64,000 bases of DNA from Octopus bimaculoides (GCF_001194135.2 NC_068986.1:73725570-73789569); one strand, 5' to 3'. Counted from the first letter of the stretch, positions 26,115-39,402 are shown. Notes: generated from the sequence alone by a model not told the origin. Numbers and translations are program-made.

Positions 26115-26312
26115 CACTGGTGTAAGTGTTGGTGCTACATAAAAAGCACTGAGTACACTCTGTAAAGTGGTTGGTATTCAGAAGAGCATCCAGTCACAGA
26201 AACCAAGCCCAAAGAAACTATGGAACCTGGTGTGGCCCTTGGCCATGCCAGTTTGTATCAAGCCATCGACCCCATGCCTGCATGGAAAACAGGTGCTATA
26301 TGTTGTTGATGA
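26115..26312 (+). mobile_element. Family X retroposon
   Basis: ggtgctacataaaaagcac...gaagagcatccag...catggaaaacag. Confidence 0.65.
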
Positions 26313-26455
26313 TGGTAGTCGGTGAAAAGCCCGGCTGCTCTTGTCATCTCTTTGCTAATACACTACTTGAGTTTTGGTATACCCCAGTCTGTTGGTGTAC
26401 CTCCTGATCCTGTGTATCTTTAGCATAAGGTAACTTGTACCTTTGCACGCACGCA

Positions 26456-26525
<70 letters not shown>

Positions 26526-26995
26526 ATATGTTGCAGCAGCAATAGCCTAATGAACTGAGTATAGTAAATATTTCCTTGCAGAAAAATGGAGGGATAAAAT
26601 GCAATGTCAAAGCTGACTGGCAGGATTTGAACTGGATCATTAGTAGTAGCAGTAGTAGTAGAAGATGGACATGCACTGTAACAGTGTGTTGTTGCATCCA
26701 CCTCTTATTGGTGATTCCCTACTACTCCTGGTGAATGATGCCTCAATACCACTCAACTCAGATGACAACCCTCCAACCCATGGGTCTGCTTGGGTAATCA
26801 TTGCTGGTGAAGGTTTTACAAGGTCAGAGTGTAGATCCTAACTCGGTTTTTCTTTTAGTCACCTTTTACAACACACAAAGGAAATGTTGGGTCTATTCTT
26901 CAACGTGTTGGTCCCCACACAGTACTAGAGCTACCCAGTCTGGAAATTAAACCCATGATCTGACAATCATGAGTACAACACCCTATCAACTTGGC

Positions 26996-27083
26996 CAACT
27001 TCTTTCAAACTTTTTTGTTACGACCCATTTTATTTAAACCACAATCCACTGAAGGGTCAGGATCCACAGTTTGAAAAATGCTG
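26996..27083. mobile_element. Short hAT (Charlie-like) MITE
   Basis: tttcaaacttttttg...ccacagtttgaaaaatgctg, resembling CAGTG.TT.TCAAAC-type termini. Confidence 0.45.
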
Positions 27084-28108
27084 CCCTAGGCCACACACTT
27101 TCATTAATCAGTGAAATTAATTGCTGCTGAGGGAGTTACCATCTGTGCCACTTTTGCAAACCTGATAATAATATCACAACACTATATTATCTTTTACTTG
27201 TTTCAGTAACTAGACTGCAGCCATTATTATAAACATGCTAACTTACTCCTATTTCTTAGATCTACACAAAAAGAAGCTCTTAATATTGTTATTAAGCCTC
27301 AAGTTAGCCCTGACTGAACAAAATTATAATGAAAGGCATTCCAGCCATGACCATTTTACCTTTTTGCAGGCATAGTATATCCTGGACTACATTATTCAAT
27401 GTGTTCTTTTGTTTTTTGAAGACTCGGAAATGAAAGATATTACATTTCATCTCTTCTTCTCTTCCTAGAAATGTAATGGCTTGTCTTTGCTAAATTTACA
27501 CTTCCATCATACTAACATTTATAGCTTTATTGCTCTCCTTCATTCCAATTTCTAGATAAAGATTGCAATGTGTGATGATGAACACCAGTTAATGCCTTTT
27601 TATGGAATGTAAATTAGAGAGGTTTATTAAATTTGTTAGATCTGAGATAAACTTTACAGCCATTGCTTATCTCTAAACCTCACTTTACTACTACGTATTG
27701 TTTTAGTTATTTGACCGTTGCAACATTATTAATGCCAACTGGTTGTAATGACAATTTAATCTTATTGATTTATGTAATGGTTGTTAATTACCTTTTGGGA
27801 TTTGTTGATAAGTGAAGTAGTTACTTGAATTAGTTAGTTCATACCTTGAGTAGTCTCTTTGATTGATTACCTCTTCACCTGTAACTCTATGAAGTATTAG
27901 AAACATAAGCCTGTACAACTTATGCTTGACACAATCTGCGGTATTTACCAGCTTGTATTTTCTAAGTGTCTAAAATATTCTTGATTGATAACTCTTATTA
28001 GCCAAATATCTTTTCATACAAAGACATGATCTCTCTGCCTGACTTAGTAAAGTAACAGTAATAACTTCAGATTGATTAAAAATTAAAAAAAGAAAACCAT
28101 AGGATGGA

Positions 28109-28216
28109 TAGAGTGAATCCATCTGTCTCTAGTTCATATCATCATTGCTAACTATTGTTAGCTATTAGAGTGAATCCATCTGTCTCTAGTTCATATCACC
28201 ATTGCTAACTATTGTT
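28109..28216. repeat. 51-bp direct duplication, period 57
   Basis: tagagtgaatcc...actattgtt occurs twice with one mismatch. Confidence 0.9.
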
Positions 28217-28379
28217 TTTGCAATCATCCATTAGATTATAGTTTACATTAGCCTTATAGTTTATGTTCCACTGTTATAGTGTGATTCATCCTCTTGTTTT
28301 CTCCTTTCCTATCACCAATATCATCATCGTCATCATCATCGTAATCATCATCATCATCATCATCATTAACATCACATCA

Positions 28380-28640
28380 TTGTCATTGTCATCATCATCT
28401 TCTTTGTCTTTTTTTTAGCCATACTTCCATGGCTTGGATATGTCTCAACATGTCTTGCCTCTTGTCACATTCCTGTAATCTGACACACATTACAACAGAG
28501 AAAGTCTTCATGTCCTGGCATGGTTTTTCACAGCTGAATGCTCTTCCAGTTACCAACCATTTTACAGTGCTGCTATATTCTGTTGTGCCAATGGTGCCAC
28601 AGAGACTAAAACTGTTGTGCCATTGGTGAGACATGTAAAG
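28380..28640 (-). mobile_element. Family X retroposon (degraded)
   Basis: (cat)n...ttccatggcttggat...cagctgaatgctcttcc...ggtgccacagag. Confidence 0.6.
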
Positions 28641-29059
28641 ATGATAATGAATAAACACTCATTTTCTTCCCATTCTATTTATTGCATTTGAAACTATTTC
28701 TTCATGCTATTTTATGAATGGCTCTCAATTCTTTCTGGGATGACTTCATGGTGTCCAAATAGTTTGAAACTAAATCAGAAGCAATAAAAATGAGATTTTA
28801 TTTATATATATTCCTCAATATTTTCTAATGTGAAGTGTTTGGTTGTTTGTACAGTATCAACCACCATGGTCCAAATTTGAACCACAAAATAGCATTTAGC
28901 TCAGTATCTTGAAATACTGTATTAAAATTTGTTAGAGATTTCTCAAGACTATATGTAACTCTTTTTGCTACTAAATATATGTTGAAATAGACTGCCTTTA
29001 TTTGAATTAATTTTGAAAATAATAAAGAACTTTATTTAGATATCCTTGTCATTGTTAAG

Positions 29060-29190
29060 TTTTTAAAGAATTTTTAAATATAAATTAACATGAAATTTTG
29101 ATGGAAAGTTCTAATTTAGTCACTTTAGAACAAGGAATTTGTAGCATAGAACCAAGGGTGGTTTCAGGCAAGTTAGTATCAGAAGGGTTG
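29060..29190. mobile_element. Fragment related to piggyBac-type MITE family 1
   Basis: gatggaaag...atttgtagcatagaacc...gtttcaggcaagttagtatcagaagggtt parallels the right half of 1281-1502. Confidence 0.5.
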
Positions 29191-30264
29191 TGTAATGGAC
29201 AAACATGAAGTAAAATAAAAGACTTTTTATTAACTAAATCGGTCTTACTTAACAGTTTTTGGACTACTTCCTTCTGGTGATGGGCCTTTGCAGCTGAGAT
29301 ATAAAGGTTTTTTGTAAAACTCCCTGCATTGTTTGAAACTTTCTTTATTTTCCTTTTCTTTTTCTACTTCTATGCTACAATGCTTCAAGCAGGCTACTAT
29401 GCTCTTAAAGACACTTTTGTTTTTGAAGTTGACTCAGATTGAAACTAAAATGACAACAAATTAAGTGTAAGAAGGTATCTTTAAAAAATGAATAAGGAAG
29501 TGAGAAAACGATGTGACTAAAGCATGATTGAGGTTAAACTCTAAATATTCAGTATTAAAGTAAATCTATGAGACTGAGTCAGAAGTAAGAGAGACTAAGA
29601 AAAGAAACAAGACTGAAATGTAACTCTACTAATGGAAGTTATATAGAAAATAATAACTTTCTTATTATTACTGGCTATGTTTGTGAAACTATTAGTGATA
29701 TTAATAATGGAATTTTGAATATTCTAGTCTAGACGTTTATAAGTACATCAGTGTCTTCTGATGCTATGGTCTTCAAAATAATGTCCTATAAAATAAGTCT
29801 TAAGTACATAAGTGAAGTCCAATGTTTGATAGACATGTTTTATAGTGGGTCACTAATGTCTTATTTGTGTAAACAAATTATTGCTCCTTCGTTAAAATTT
29901 CCTAACTGTTATTGCTTGTTTCATATTTTCTTGCAAATTATAGGTAGTGAAATATCATTTAAAATCTTGTGAACTTGGCTATTATTAATAAACTAAGTTG
30001 TATATATAAAAAAAAAAAACATGGAGAATGACTTCTAAAATATTGATTCAGTTTTGTAATACCTTTCAAATATTTGGTGAATAGTTTGATTTTAGAATGC
30101 ACAGATTTGTGCACACAGTTTTGTTTATACACAATTTTAAATAGATAATTTTTGTACACACGGATTTAAATAGTTTTAAATTCACAGATTTGTATATGCA
30201 TTTTTCAGTACAGAGTTGAGTATACAATGCTGAATGTATACACAGTTTTTTATCTATTAAGTTG

Positions 30265-30380
30265 TATATACAGTTTTAACCACATAATGCTGTATATATA
30301 TAATTTAACCACATAATGCTGTATATACAGTTTTAACCACATAATGCTGTGTATATAGTTTTAACCACATAATGTTGTAA
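30265..30380. repeat. ~28-bp minisatellite, 4 units
   Basis: ttttaaccacataatgctgtatata repeated. Confidence 0.85.
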
Positions 30381-30381
30381 T

Positions 30382-30890
30382 AGGCACAGGTGTGGCAGTG
30401 TGGTAAGAAACTTGGGACTGAACTTTGTTCAGTCCCACTGCATGGCACCTCGGGTAAGTGCCTTCTATTGTAGCCTCAGGACAATTAAAGCCTTGTGAGT
30501 AGATTTGGTAGATGGAAACTGAAAGAAGCCCATTGTATATTTGTATATATCTGTGTGTGTGTCTTTGTGTCTGTTCAGCAAAAGAGACTGATAGAATAAG
30601 TACTAGGCTCTCCAGCATGGTCTCGGTCAAATGATTGACACAAGGAAAAGAATAAAAGAATATGCACACACACACACACGCGCACGTGTGTGTGTGTGTT
30701 GTTGTGTCTGTGTTTGTCCCACTGCCACCATCACCACTTGGCAACCAGTGTTAGTGTGTAAAGAATAAGTATCAGGCTTTAAAAAACAAAAAAGGAAAAG
30801 TACTGGTGTCAATTCATCCGACTAAATGTTCTTCAGGGAGGTGTTCCAGCATGGCTACAGTCTAATGATTGAAGCAAGTAAAAGTTAAAA
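30382..30890 (+). mobile_element. Rearranged family A SINE(s)
   Basis: Head contains an 11-bp hairpin; two partial tails follow. Confidence 0.7.
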
Positions 30891-31018
30891 GATAAACAAC
30901 AGCTAAACAACAGTTAAGAGGTGAACTTGTCAGGCAAAGGATTTGATCTGAAACCTTCTGTTGAATCTGAAACAATTGCAGTGTAGAAGACAATATTAGC
31001 CATTCAGAAACTTTTGTT

Positions 31019-31374
31019 ACACATCTGTGACCTCTTCAGTAACCCTTTCCATCCATGTGTCTCCTTCTGTGGCTTAGTCCATTCTCTGATTTACTATAGT
31101 TCCATTTACTGATTTACTGTAATGACTGCAGCATAAAAAGATACATTTTAGCCATTCAAAAACACACAAAATTTGTTAACTTCACACCAAATAATAAATG
31201 TTTAAGTGAAGTTAACAGGTTTTGTGTGCTTTTAAATAGCTAAAATGTATCTTTTTATGCTGCAATCATTATAACAAATCAGTAGATGGAATTATAGTAA
31301 ACCAGAGAATGGACTAGGCGGAGCAGGAGGATACACATGGATGGAAAGGGACACTGAAGAAGTCACAAATGTGT
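31019..31374. repeat. Fold-back inverted repeat, ~165-bp arms, 20-nt spacer
   Basis: 31019-31185 is the reverse complement of 31206-31374 with scattered mismatches. Confidence 0.9.
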
Positions 31375-31896
31375 GAGGAAAGATTTCCAGACAATGGACA
31401 TAAAAGATAAAATAAGAACAATTATAAGTGAATGAAGAACGAATATATAGTGTGTGTGTTTATTTGGCAAAAAAAATTAAAAATACAAATGCCTTTCCCG
31501 AAATATAAGAATAAGTCGATGGAATTGTTTTCATAATAATGATGAAGTTATTGCATACAGAGCTCAGGTGCACTACAGCTCATCAGAAAAAGTAACCAAA
31601 AGTGCATGAACAGTACATTGAATAATGGATAGGAAGTGAGTCGTTTAAGAAAAAAAATGAAGTGGGGGCTGGGGCATCTGGTGCACTGTTAGTGAATTTC
31701 AGGAAGCATGGAAGTTCTGAAAGGTGTAGTGTCCTGACTACAGCTAACAAGTGATATGGGTAGTTTATTCCATTTATCAGCATTTTTACAAGTGTGTAAA
31801 GACAAAAAAAAAAAAGATACTAATATTTTGAAGTTTTCTGCAGAAACATATTCAAATAACCAAATTTCAGAGAGAATATTATTTTAAAAGGAAATG

Positions 31897-32290
31897 AATA
31901 GGCGTAGGAGTGGCTGTGTGAGTGGATTTGGTAGACGGAAACTGAAAGAAGCCCGTCGTATATATGTATATATATGTATATGTATGTGTGTGTATATGTT
32001 TGTGTGTCTGTGTTTGTCCCTCCACCATCGCTTGACAACCAATGGTGGTGTGTTTACGTCCCTGTAACTTAGCGGTTCGGCAAAAGAGACCGATAGAANN
32101 NNNNNNNNCACCATCGCTTGACAACCAATGGTGGTGTGTTTACGTCCCTGTAACTTAGCGGTTCGGCAAAAGAGACCGATAGAATAAGTACTAGGCTTCC
32201 AAAGAATAAGTCCTGGGGTCGATTTGCTTGACTAAAGGCGGTGCTCCAGCATGGCCACAGTCAAATGACTGAAACAAGTAAAAGAGTAAT
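31897..32290 (+). mobile_element. Family A SINE with internal head deletion, spanning an assembly gap
   Basis: aggcgtaggagtggctgtgtg joins directly to agtggatttgg; the sequence is duplicated either side of the N10. Confidence 0.8.
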
Positions 32291-33292
32291 TACAGAAAAT
32301 TGATACTTCCATTTTTTTGTTTTTTGCAAGGAAATAATTGTTTTATATGGCTTTACAAATCTCTTTACAAATTTAGAATTATTAATATCTTTGTTTGTTA
32401 GATTGTAGGCTTTTTTAAACCAAAGTTAGTAGGGTTAGGGTGAATTACAATTAAATGCTTCAACTTCTTTCAGCCAGTTGCTGCTTTGCTTAGCTTTAAA
32501 GTATTGCTTAAGTGGGATAAGTTGGCTATAAAATACGAAAATTGCATATGCTTTTCACAGATGTACTATTTTAAAACTTCCTCAGTAACTGAATTGCGAC
32601 TTATTTAGACAATCTGTAGTGTTTGTACTCTGCACCATTTAAAGCATATTCTTTATTTACTGTTGACATGGTTAGGAGAAATAAGAATATATATTACCTT
32701 CCTCACTTTGTCTTTCCCCCTCCTCCTCTGCTTGCCTGTCTCTCTTTGTCTTTCCTCCTCCTCCTCTCTCTCATCATCATCCCCTCTCTCCATCATAGAA
32801 TCCTTATACATTTCATTGGTTTCACTCTTAAACATAAATATGTCCAGTTGCAAACCTAGATTTACAGATTGCTATATTTAAGTTGGTTGACTGGTACCAT
32901 CTTAAGGGAAATCTTGGTCCAGTAACTCTAAATTTCTTACTTTCCTTTGGATTATGTCCATAATAGTGTTTTAAAAAATCTATTACTGAGGTTAACACAA
33001 CGGATGAGAATGAAAGAAGACTTTTATACTCCAGTTTCTTCTCATCTCTATAAATTTTTATAAAAGGTTATGTTCCAATACCAGTCTAACTGCAATAAAT
33101 AACATATTTTGAAGACCATGACTCAAGATGAAATTTGAGGCCAGTTAATGTCTGAGCATTTTAACTGCTTAGTCAGAGAAGGAATAGTAGGGTTTTGAAG
33201 AAAAGCATGAAAAAGTCAACCTCAAACTGAAAACTTGGCCTGAATCCTTGGTCTGTTGAATCCTACCTGCTGAATCTACCTGTCTGTCTGTA

Positions 33293-34150
33293 CAAGGTGA
33301 TTGAAAAGTAACTCTGTATTTTAAAATACTTGTAAATTATCTATTAGTTGTAATTTTTACAGAAAAATGGATATGGCAAGAAAGCTTTCAGGATGAATTT
33401 TATTGTGTCTGGGGAGAGTCATTCTCTTAGTACCTTATTAATTTAACACACTCACCAGTCCAGTTTCCACTAATTTAATAAATAAGTAAATAAATGAGTG
33501 GAAATCGAACCAGTGAGTGTGTTAAATTAATAAGGCACTAAGAGAATGATTCTCCCCAGACAATAAAATATGCTTTAACACACGAATTCACATAAAGAAT
33601 CTTGCAAACCAACTACAAAAACGAAATTTTAATATGAGGCTTTATTTAAAATCTGATATAGATTCCATATGTTGCTACCAGCTTCTTGAGTTGTCCAGGA
33701 ATTGTGTCAACTGATTTCACCAGAAACTCTTGTAGGATGGAAGAAGACATAACTTCTCATATTCGCGCTTTAAGTTCTTCTGAAGTCTTTGGTTTGGTAC
33801 AGTAGACTTGTTCCTTTAACCAACCCCAGAGAAAGAACTCATAGAGTGTTAGGTCGGGACTCCTGGCTGGCCATTCATGGAGACCATGATGACCTATCCA
33901 TCTCCCAGGGAATTGGGTATTCAGCCATTCACAGACAACAAGAGCAATACAATTACAGATTAAATTGGGAGCTACTCTGCGTCGTGGTCTGAAATGTAAG
34001 ATCTTTGTACCCTGATGATGGAGGCTCGATTTATCCAATGTTTATTTGCTTCCCAATGGTGATCTATATCTACCAACATTATGATGAATCTCTGAGCACC
34101 TCAGAAACAGCTTTTGGGCTTGTAACATCTTACCTCCTTCCCTTTAATTT
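33293..34150 (-). mobile_element. Tc1/mariner transposon relic (C-terminal transposase and 3' terminus)
   Basis: ORF 33757-34038 has FPGRWIG..G.HEWPARSPDLT..(E)FFLWGWLKEQVY..KPKT.EELKARI; the frame continues past a stop as EVMSSILQEFLVKSVD..PGQLKKLV; TA|CAAGGTG terminus at 33291. Confidence 0.85.
33400..33567. mobile_element. Palindromic MITE nested in the mariner relic
   Basis: ~70-bp arms: tgtctggggagagtcattctcttagt...acacactcac versus gtgagtgtgtt...actaagagaatgattctccccagaca. Confidence 0.8.
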
Positions 34151-34712
34151 TCACTGTTGTATGTTGTCTGTGTAAGTTTGATCTATTAATATGTAAATAT
34201 CTATTCATGCTTAAATATTCATTGTTTGAAAACCTTCAGTCTTTGCTTTCTTTCTATTTACATGTATGTGTGTGTGTGTGTGTGTGGGGGGGGTGTACCT
34301 TATTTAAAAGCAGCAGAAATATAACAAAAGACTGTTACTCGAAATTTCACGTTCCTGTTCANNNNNNNNNNTATATATATATATATATATATATATTTGT
34401 ATATCAGACCCAAGCTGTTATATATATAATTTGTTTATCTGCATAAGTGCATCTATATGTGTGTGTGTGTGTGTATCTATCTATCTATTTGTTTAGTGTA
34501 TTTTGAGTGAAAAACCTCATAACACTTGTTTAAGAGTTCCTATGCTTTCGTTTGGCTACTACATGTTATTGTATTTCATGGTATCTCTGGTTATGGGAAT
34601 ACATGTGGAACTCCTTTCTGCTTAGGACTATAATAATGTAACACAGGGACAAAAGTCAATAAGCTTTAATGATAGATCACAACACACATTTCTGCACACC
34701 ACATCAAGTTTA

Positions 34713-34752
<40 letters not shown>

Positions 34753-34966
34753 AAATTAAATATACAACCAAAAGAGCTACTAATAGTTTCATGCTATTAT
34801 AATACTTGAATAGGAATATTTAGAAAATGCACCATGAATCTTAAAGCAATCTTTCAAGCTCTGTTCATGAATTATATATAATACTTACATAATGTATTGA
34901 TGGTGTACATAAGGTGTACATACACACACACACACAACATACACACAACATATGCACACACACACA

Positions 34967-35002
<36 letters not shown>

Positions 35003-35569
35003 TTATATATAATGTTTTACCATTCTGTGCAATGCATCACCATTCTTTCCAATTCTGCTATCCACCACACTCAAGTTCTTTGAAATATTGAGTGAACCAA
35101 CCAGAAACTCACACCTTGCTTCCTTCAAATGAATTGCCTTTCTGCTTCCATTCTATAGCAAGCATAATGAGAACCCACTGTGGACCTTGGGAAAGAAATC
35201 CCAACACATATACATGAACACCATCTATAGACAGTATTCATAAATATATATAGATGGTATACATTTGTAGATGGTATCCCATACCTATATGAAACAACAA
35301 CTCTTCTATGTTTGAGAAGAGAATTAACTGAGAAAATTGACTTTTGACAACTGTGTAAGCTTTGATTAATTGATATGATTGAAGTCTCAATGAAACTTGG
35401 GATACTTGTTGATCTTAGTTGTTCTGTGCTTGGATTTCTCTCTCAAGGTCCACACTGAGTCTTACTAAACTAATCGTAGAAAAAAAGCAGAGAAGCAGTT
35501 GGCTAGAAGGATGCAGGGAGTGCATTTGTGATTGGTTCACTCAGTATTTCAGACAACTTGAGTGCACTG

Positions 35570-36075
35570 GATAGCAGAATTGGAGAAAATGGTAGAGCAT
35601 AGTGTAGAATGATAGAACATTAGATAGAATGGTGATGCATTGCACAGAATGATAGAACAATGGGTAGGATGTTATCACATTGGATAGAATAGCTGAACAC
35701 TATGTAGAATGGTATGGTATGGTAGAGTGATAGAGTATTGACTAAAATGTCAACGTTATGTAGAATGATGGAGAATCATACAGAATTGGTTAAAATATTA
35801 GGAAATTGGTCAAAATGGTAGAACGTTGGGTAGAATAGTAGAACATGGATAAAATCACAGAATATTGGATAAAATGGTAGAACATTTAGTAGAAAGGTTG
35901 AGCATTAACAAAAATAATAAAAGAATGGACAGAATGGTAGAACAATGGATAAAATAGTAGTGTTGGGTAAAATGGTGGAATATTGGTCATATTGATAGAA
36001 CATTAGGTAGAATGGTAAAACGTTGGCTAAAATGGTAGAACACTCGGAAGAATGGCAGAGTATTGGGTAGAATGT
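35570..36075. repeat. Degenerate ~20-bp minisatellite (ggtagaatggtagaacattg-like)
   Basis: Recurring gtagaatggtagaacatt motif over ~500 bp. Confidence 0.85.
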
Positions 36076-37186
36076 CTTTAGTGTTTATTTACACCCACCT
36101 TTTATATGTTCAAACCCTGTAAATTTTGACTTTGTCTTTCAATGTTTGATAAAAGTATCAGTCATCTACTAGGGTCGATTAAATTGACTACATGCCAAAA
36201 CATTTTGTTTCTTTGTGTCTGTATCAGAAATCATTAATTTCAAGTTCTCCTCTTCCTTCTTCACATCATTGTCCTGGTGGTTGTAGTGCTGCCTATCACA
36301 AAATTAAAATCCCACTTCGCCAAATCCCCCCCCTTCTCTTGCTTTGTTCTCCTTTACAGCCATTATCACTATTTTACTATCACTGCTTCCACATTCTCCC
36401 AATCCTTCTTTTTTGACCTTCCAGTTCCTATAATTAACCCCTGTTTCATCTCCCTCCGTCCGAGATGCTCCCTGATTCCTCCCTCTCTTACCCACTCTTC
36501 ACCCACCCGCCACATTGCTCTCCCTAATTAGAAACACTTCACTTTGATTATAATATCATTATGATTATAAATGTGCTTTAATGCATTTTATTGATTATCA
36601 CCCCCTTCCTTCCTCTTGTACTGAGGTAACTGTTGCTGCTGTTGTTGTCCTCCTCCCCTTCCTCCTCTTCCTTCTTGTAGTGTGGCAATTGTTGTCCACT
36701 CCTCCCTCTGTCTCTAACCCAATCATCTGCCATTTTACACTTATCTCATAACTACAGCTCTAACCCTGACCCTAACCCCAGTTGCAGCTCTTACGTCAGT
36801 CCTTCACCCTCCCTCCTTCCCGACTCATCTCTTTTCTCTTCATTTATTTTCCTTTTATTTTTTTCATTCTCATCCCTTTTTACTCTCCCCTCTCCTACCC
36901 ATTCGGCTTTCTATCTTTCTCCAATTTTTCTAATTCCTCCGCTACAAACAATCCTCGTTTTCCACACACTTTTTTTTATCATTGTAAATATTTTCATATT
37001 ATTTTGTTTAACCCAACACCATCACTTTAGCTTCCTCCCCCTCCTTCTCTATAGATTTAACTGTTAAACTGTCACCACTTGCTGTTGTTATTATTGTTGT
37101 TGGTCATTTTAACATTCATTATTTTTCTCTTCATATTTCATAAATGATATCAATCTCACAACATTTATTTTATTCTTTTACACTGC

Positions 37187-37229
<43 letters not shown>

Positions 37230-37239
37230 NNNNNNNNNN

Positions 37240-37278
<39 letters not shown>

Positions 37279-37997
37279 CATGTTAATGTGTGTTTATTAT
37301 TTTATATCGTTAGTTTTTTTATATTTGCATGAATATTTTTAATTTTTGATTTAAAATTAGTTTTTGTATATGTATGTATGTTTTTAATTTTTGATTTAAA
37401 TTATATTTTATTTTACCATAATGTAAACATCTAAATGAAGGGGAGGGGAAAATGAAAGAAGTCCTCACACTTGGTTCATTCTACATTTTTTAACTAATTA
37501 GAAAATGCAACAAACAATATGATGAACAACATGTTAAAAGAACCATTATTTGTGATAATGTTTGTGTGCCTTTGTGGTATTTTATTAACACCCGCTTTAT
37601 GGGTATTGATAAAATATAGTACCAGTTAAAGCACTAGGTCTGATATATATATAGGAACACACTTAGTCACGTTAACAAAGGGATGTGGGTTCGTGTCCCA
37701 CATGGATAGGAAAGCCTTCTTTTTTCTGTCAAGGGCTTATATGTCCCATTATTAGAGTATTTTCCTTAGTCATCGCACAGTGATGGCCATAAGCTTTAAG
37801 CTTATGTAAAAATACCATTATTATTATTTACAAGATTGTAAAATACGGTGCCGTATAACAAAGCCATTCGCACTGAAAGCATATATATACTTATATATAA
37901 ATATAATATGATTTGAAACCTTGGGCACCTGTCAGAACTTAGTGTTGCCATCATCATTGTCACTCTCCTCATCATCCTTATAATTATATATATCCCG

Positions 37998-38200
37998 AGG
38001 CAATGAGCTGGAAGAATTGTTGGAACATAAATGCTTTACTGTATTTCTTTCAATTCATTGCATTCCAAGTTCAAATTCTGCCCAGGTTGAATTTGTTATC
38101 CTTTTGGAGTCAATAAAATAAGTTCCAGCCAAATACTAGGGTTGAAGTAATTAACTTGTCCCCCTCCTTTAAAATTGCTGATCCTGTGCCAAAATTGGAT
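37998..38200 (+). mobile_element. Family M SINE
   Basis: gagctggaagaattg...agttcaaattctgcc...gtcaataaaataagt...ctagggttgaagtaatt. Confidence 0.65.
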
Positions 38201-38214
38201 AGAATTTATCATCA

Positions 38215-38330
38215 TGATCATCATCATCATCGTTTAACGTCCACTTTCCATGCTAGCATGGGTTGGACGATTTGACTGAGGACTGGTGAACCAGATGACT
38301 ACACCAGGTTCCAATCTGATTTGGCAGATG
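38215..38330 (-). mobile_element. Family X retroposon 3' end
   Basis: (cat)n cgtttaacgtccactttccatgctagcatgggttggacg. Confidence 0.75.
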
Positions 38331-38764
38331 CTTATTTAGTTATCAGAGACGTTATCCTGAAGTTTAGTGACAACAAGTCTCCCCAGATCTCAAGAAATTT
38401 TTTTCAGCTTATTGTGAAGTACAAGATGGTACTTTTCTCCAGGTCCACATTATGTGTCTCAATTCTATGATAGTATTTTTTAGCCTCTTTGGCGTTGCTA
38501 TTTATGGAACAATGCATCAAACAAAATGCTTTGTAGTGTTTCTTATGGATGGCATTTTATGTTCAAATTCTATCAGGATCATTTTTGCCTTTCATCACTT
38601 TGGGGTCAATAAAACAAAGTCACAGTCAAGTACAGAGGCTGGTGGTACTGACTTAATACTTTTCCCTGAAATTTAGGTCCTGTGCTTATGCTAAAAACAG
38701 TTACTATTAATTGTGGTGAACAGACATCTTTTGAATAGCTCCAAAAAAGAATTAGATGTACTAT

Positions 38765-38799
<35 letters not shown>

Positions 38800-39040
38800 A
38801 TGTCTGTTTTCCATGCTTAGTATGTATGTCCTTCCATATATTTTATAATGCTTCTTCTCCACTTCCTTTGTAATTCCTCACAATCACTCTATCTTTCCTT
38901 TCTTTATAATTCCAAGAGAAAATTTCATATTTTTTCTACCTTTTTGAGCTCCTGTCACTAATCATCATCATTATTATTATTATTATTATTATTGTTGTTG
39001 TTGTTGTTGTTGTCGTTCTTCTTCTTATTATTATTATTAT

Positions 39041-39245
39041 TCAGTAGTTTTATTTTTATAACGTGCTTTCACTTCACTACCGAGCACAGCTCTGTGTGCC
39101 TTGGGTATGTGCTGTGGTTTGCTGTGATGATCTTATGGTTACCGTATTGAAAGTGTTTTGCGTAGGATGTGTGCAGTGCCCAGTAGTGCAATTTTCTGTA
39201 TGTTATATATATTTGTAAGTCCTGGTATTTTTGTTATGTATTTGT
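39041..39245 (-). mobile_element. R4/Dong-type LINE 3' end in (TAA)n
   Basis: Minus frame KYITKIPGLTNIYNIQKIALLGTAHILRKTLSIR*, then a 3' UTR ending in (taa)n; truncated by the gap. Confidence 0.85.
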
Positions 39246-39349
39246 NNNNNNNNNNNNNNNNNNNNNNNNNNNNNNNNNNNNNNNNNNNNNNNNNNNNNNN
39301 NNNNNNNNNNNNNNNNNNNNNNNNNNNNNNNNNNNNNNNNNNNNNNNNN

Positions 39350-39402
<53 letters not shown>

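Noticed and set aside
32021-32182. Tandem duplication within a SINE
   Set aside because: Identical sequence on both sides of a 10-N gap is most simply an unmerged contig overlap.
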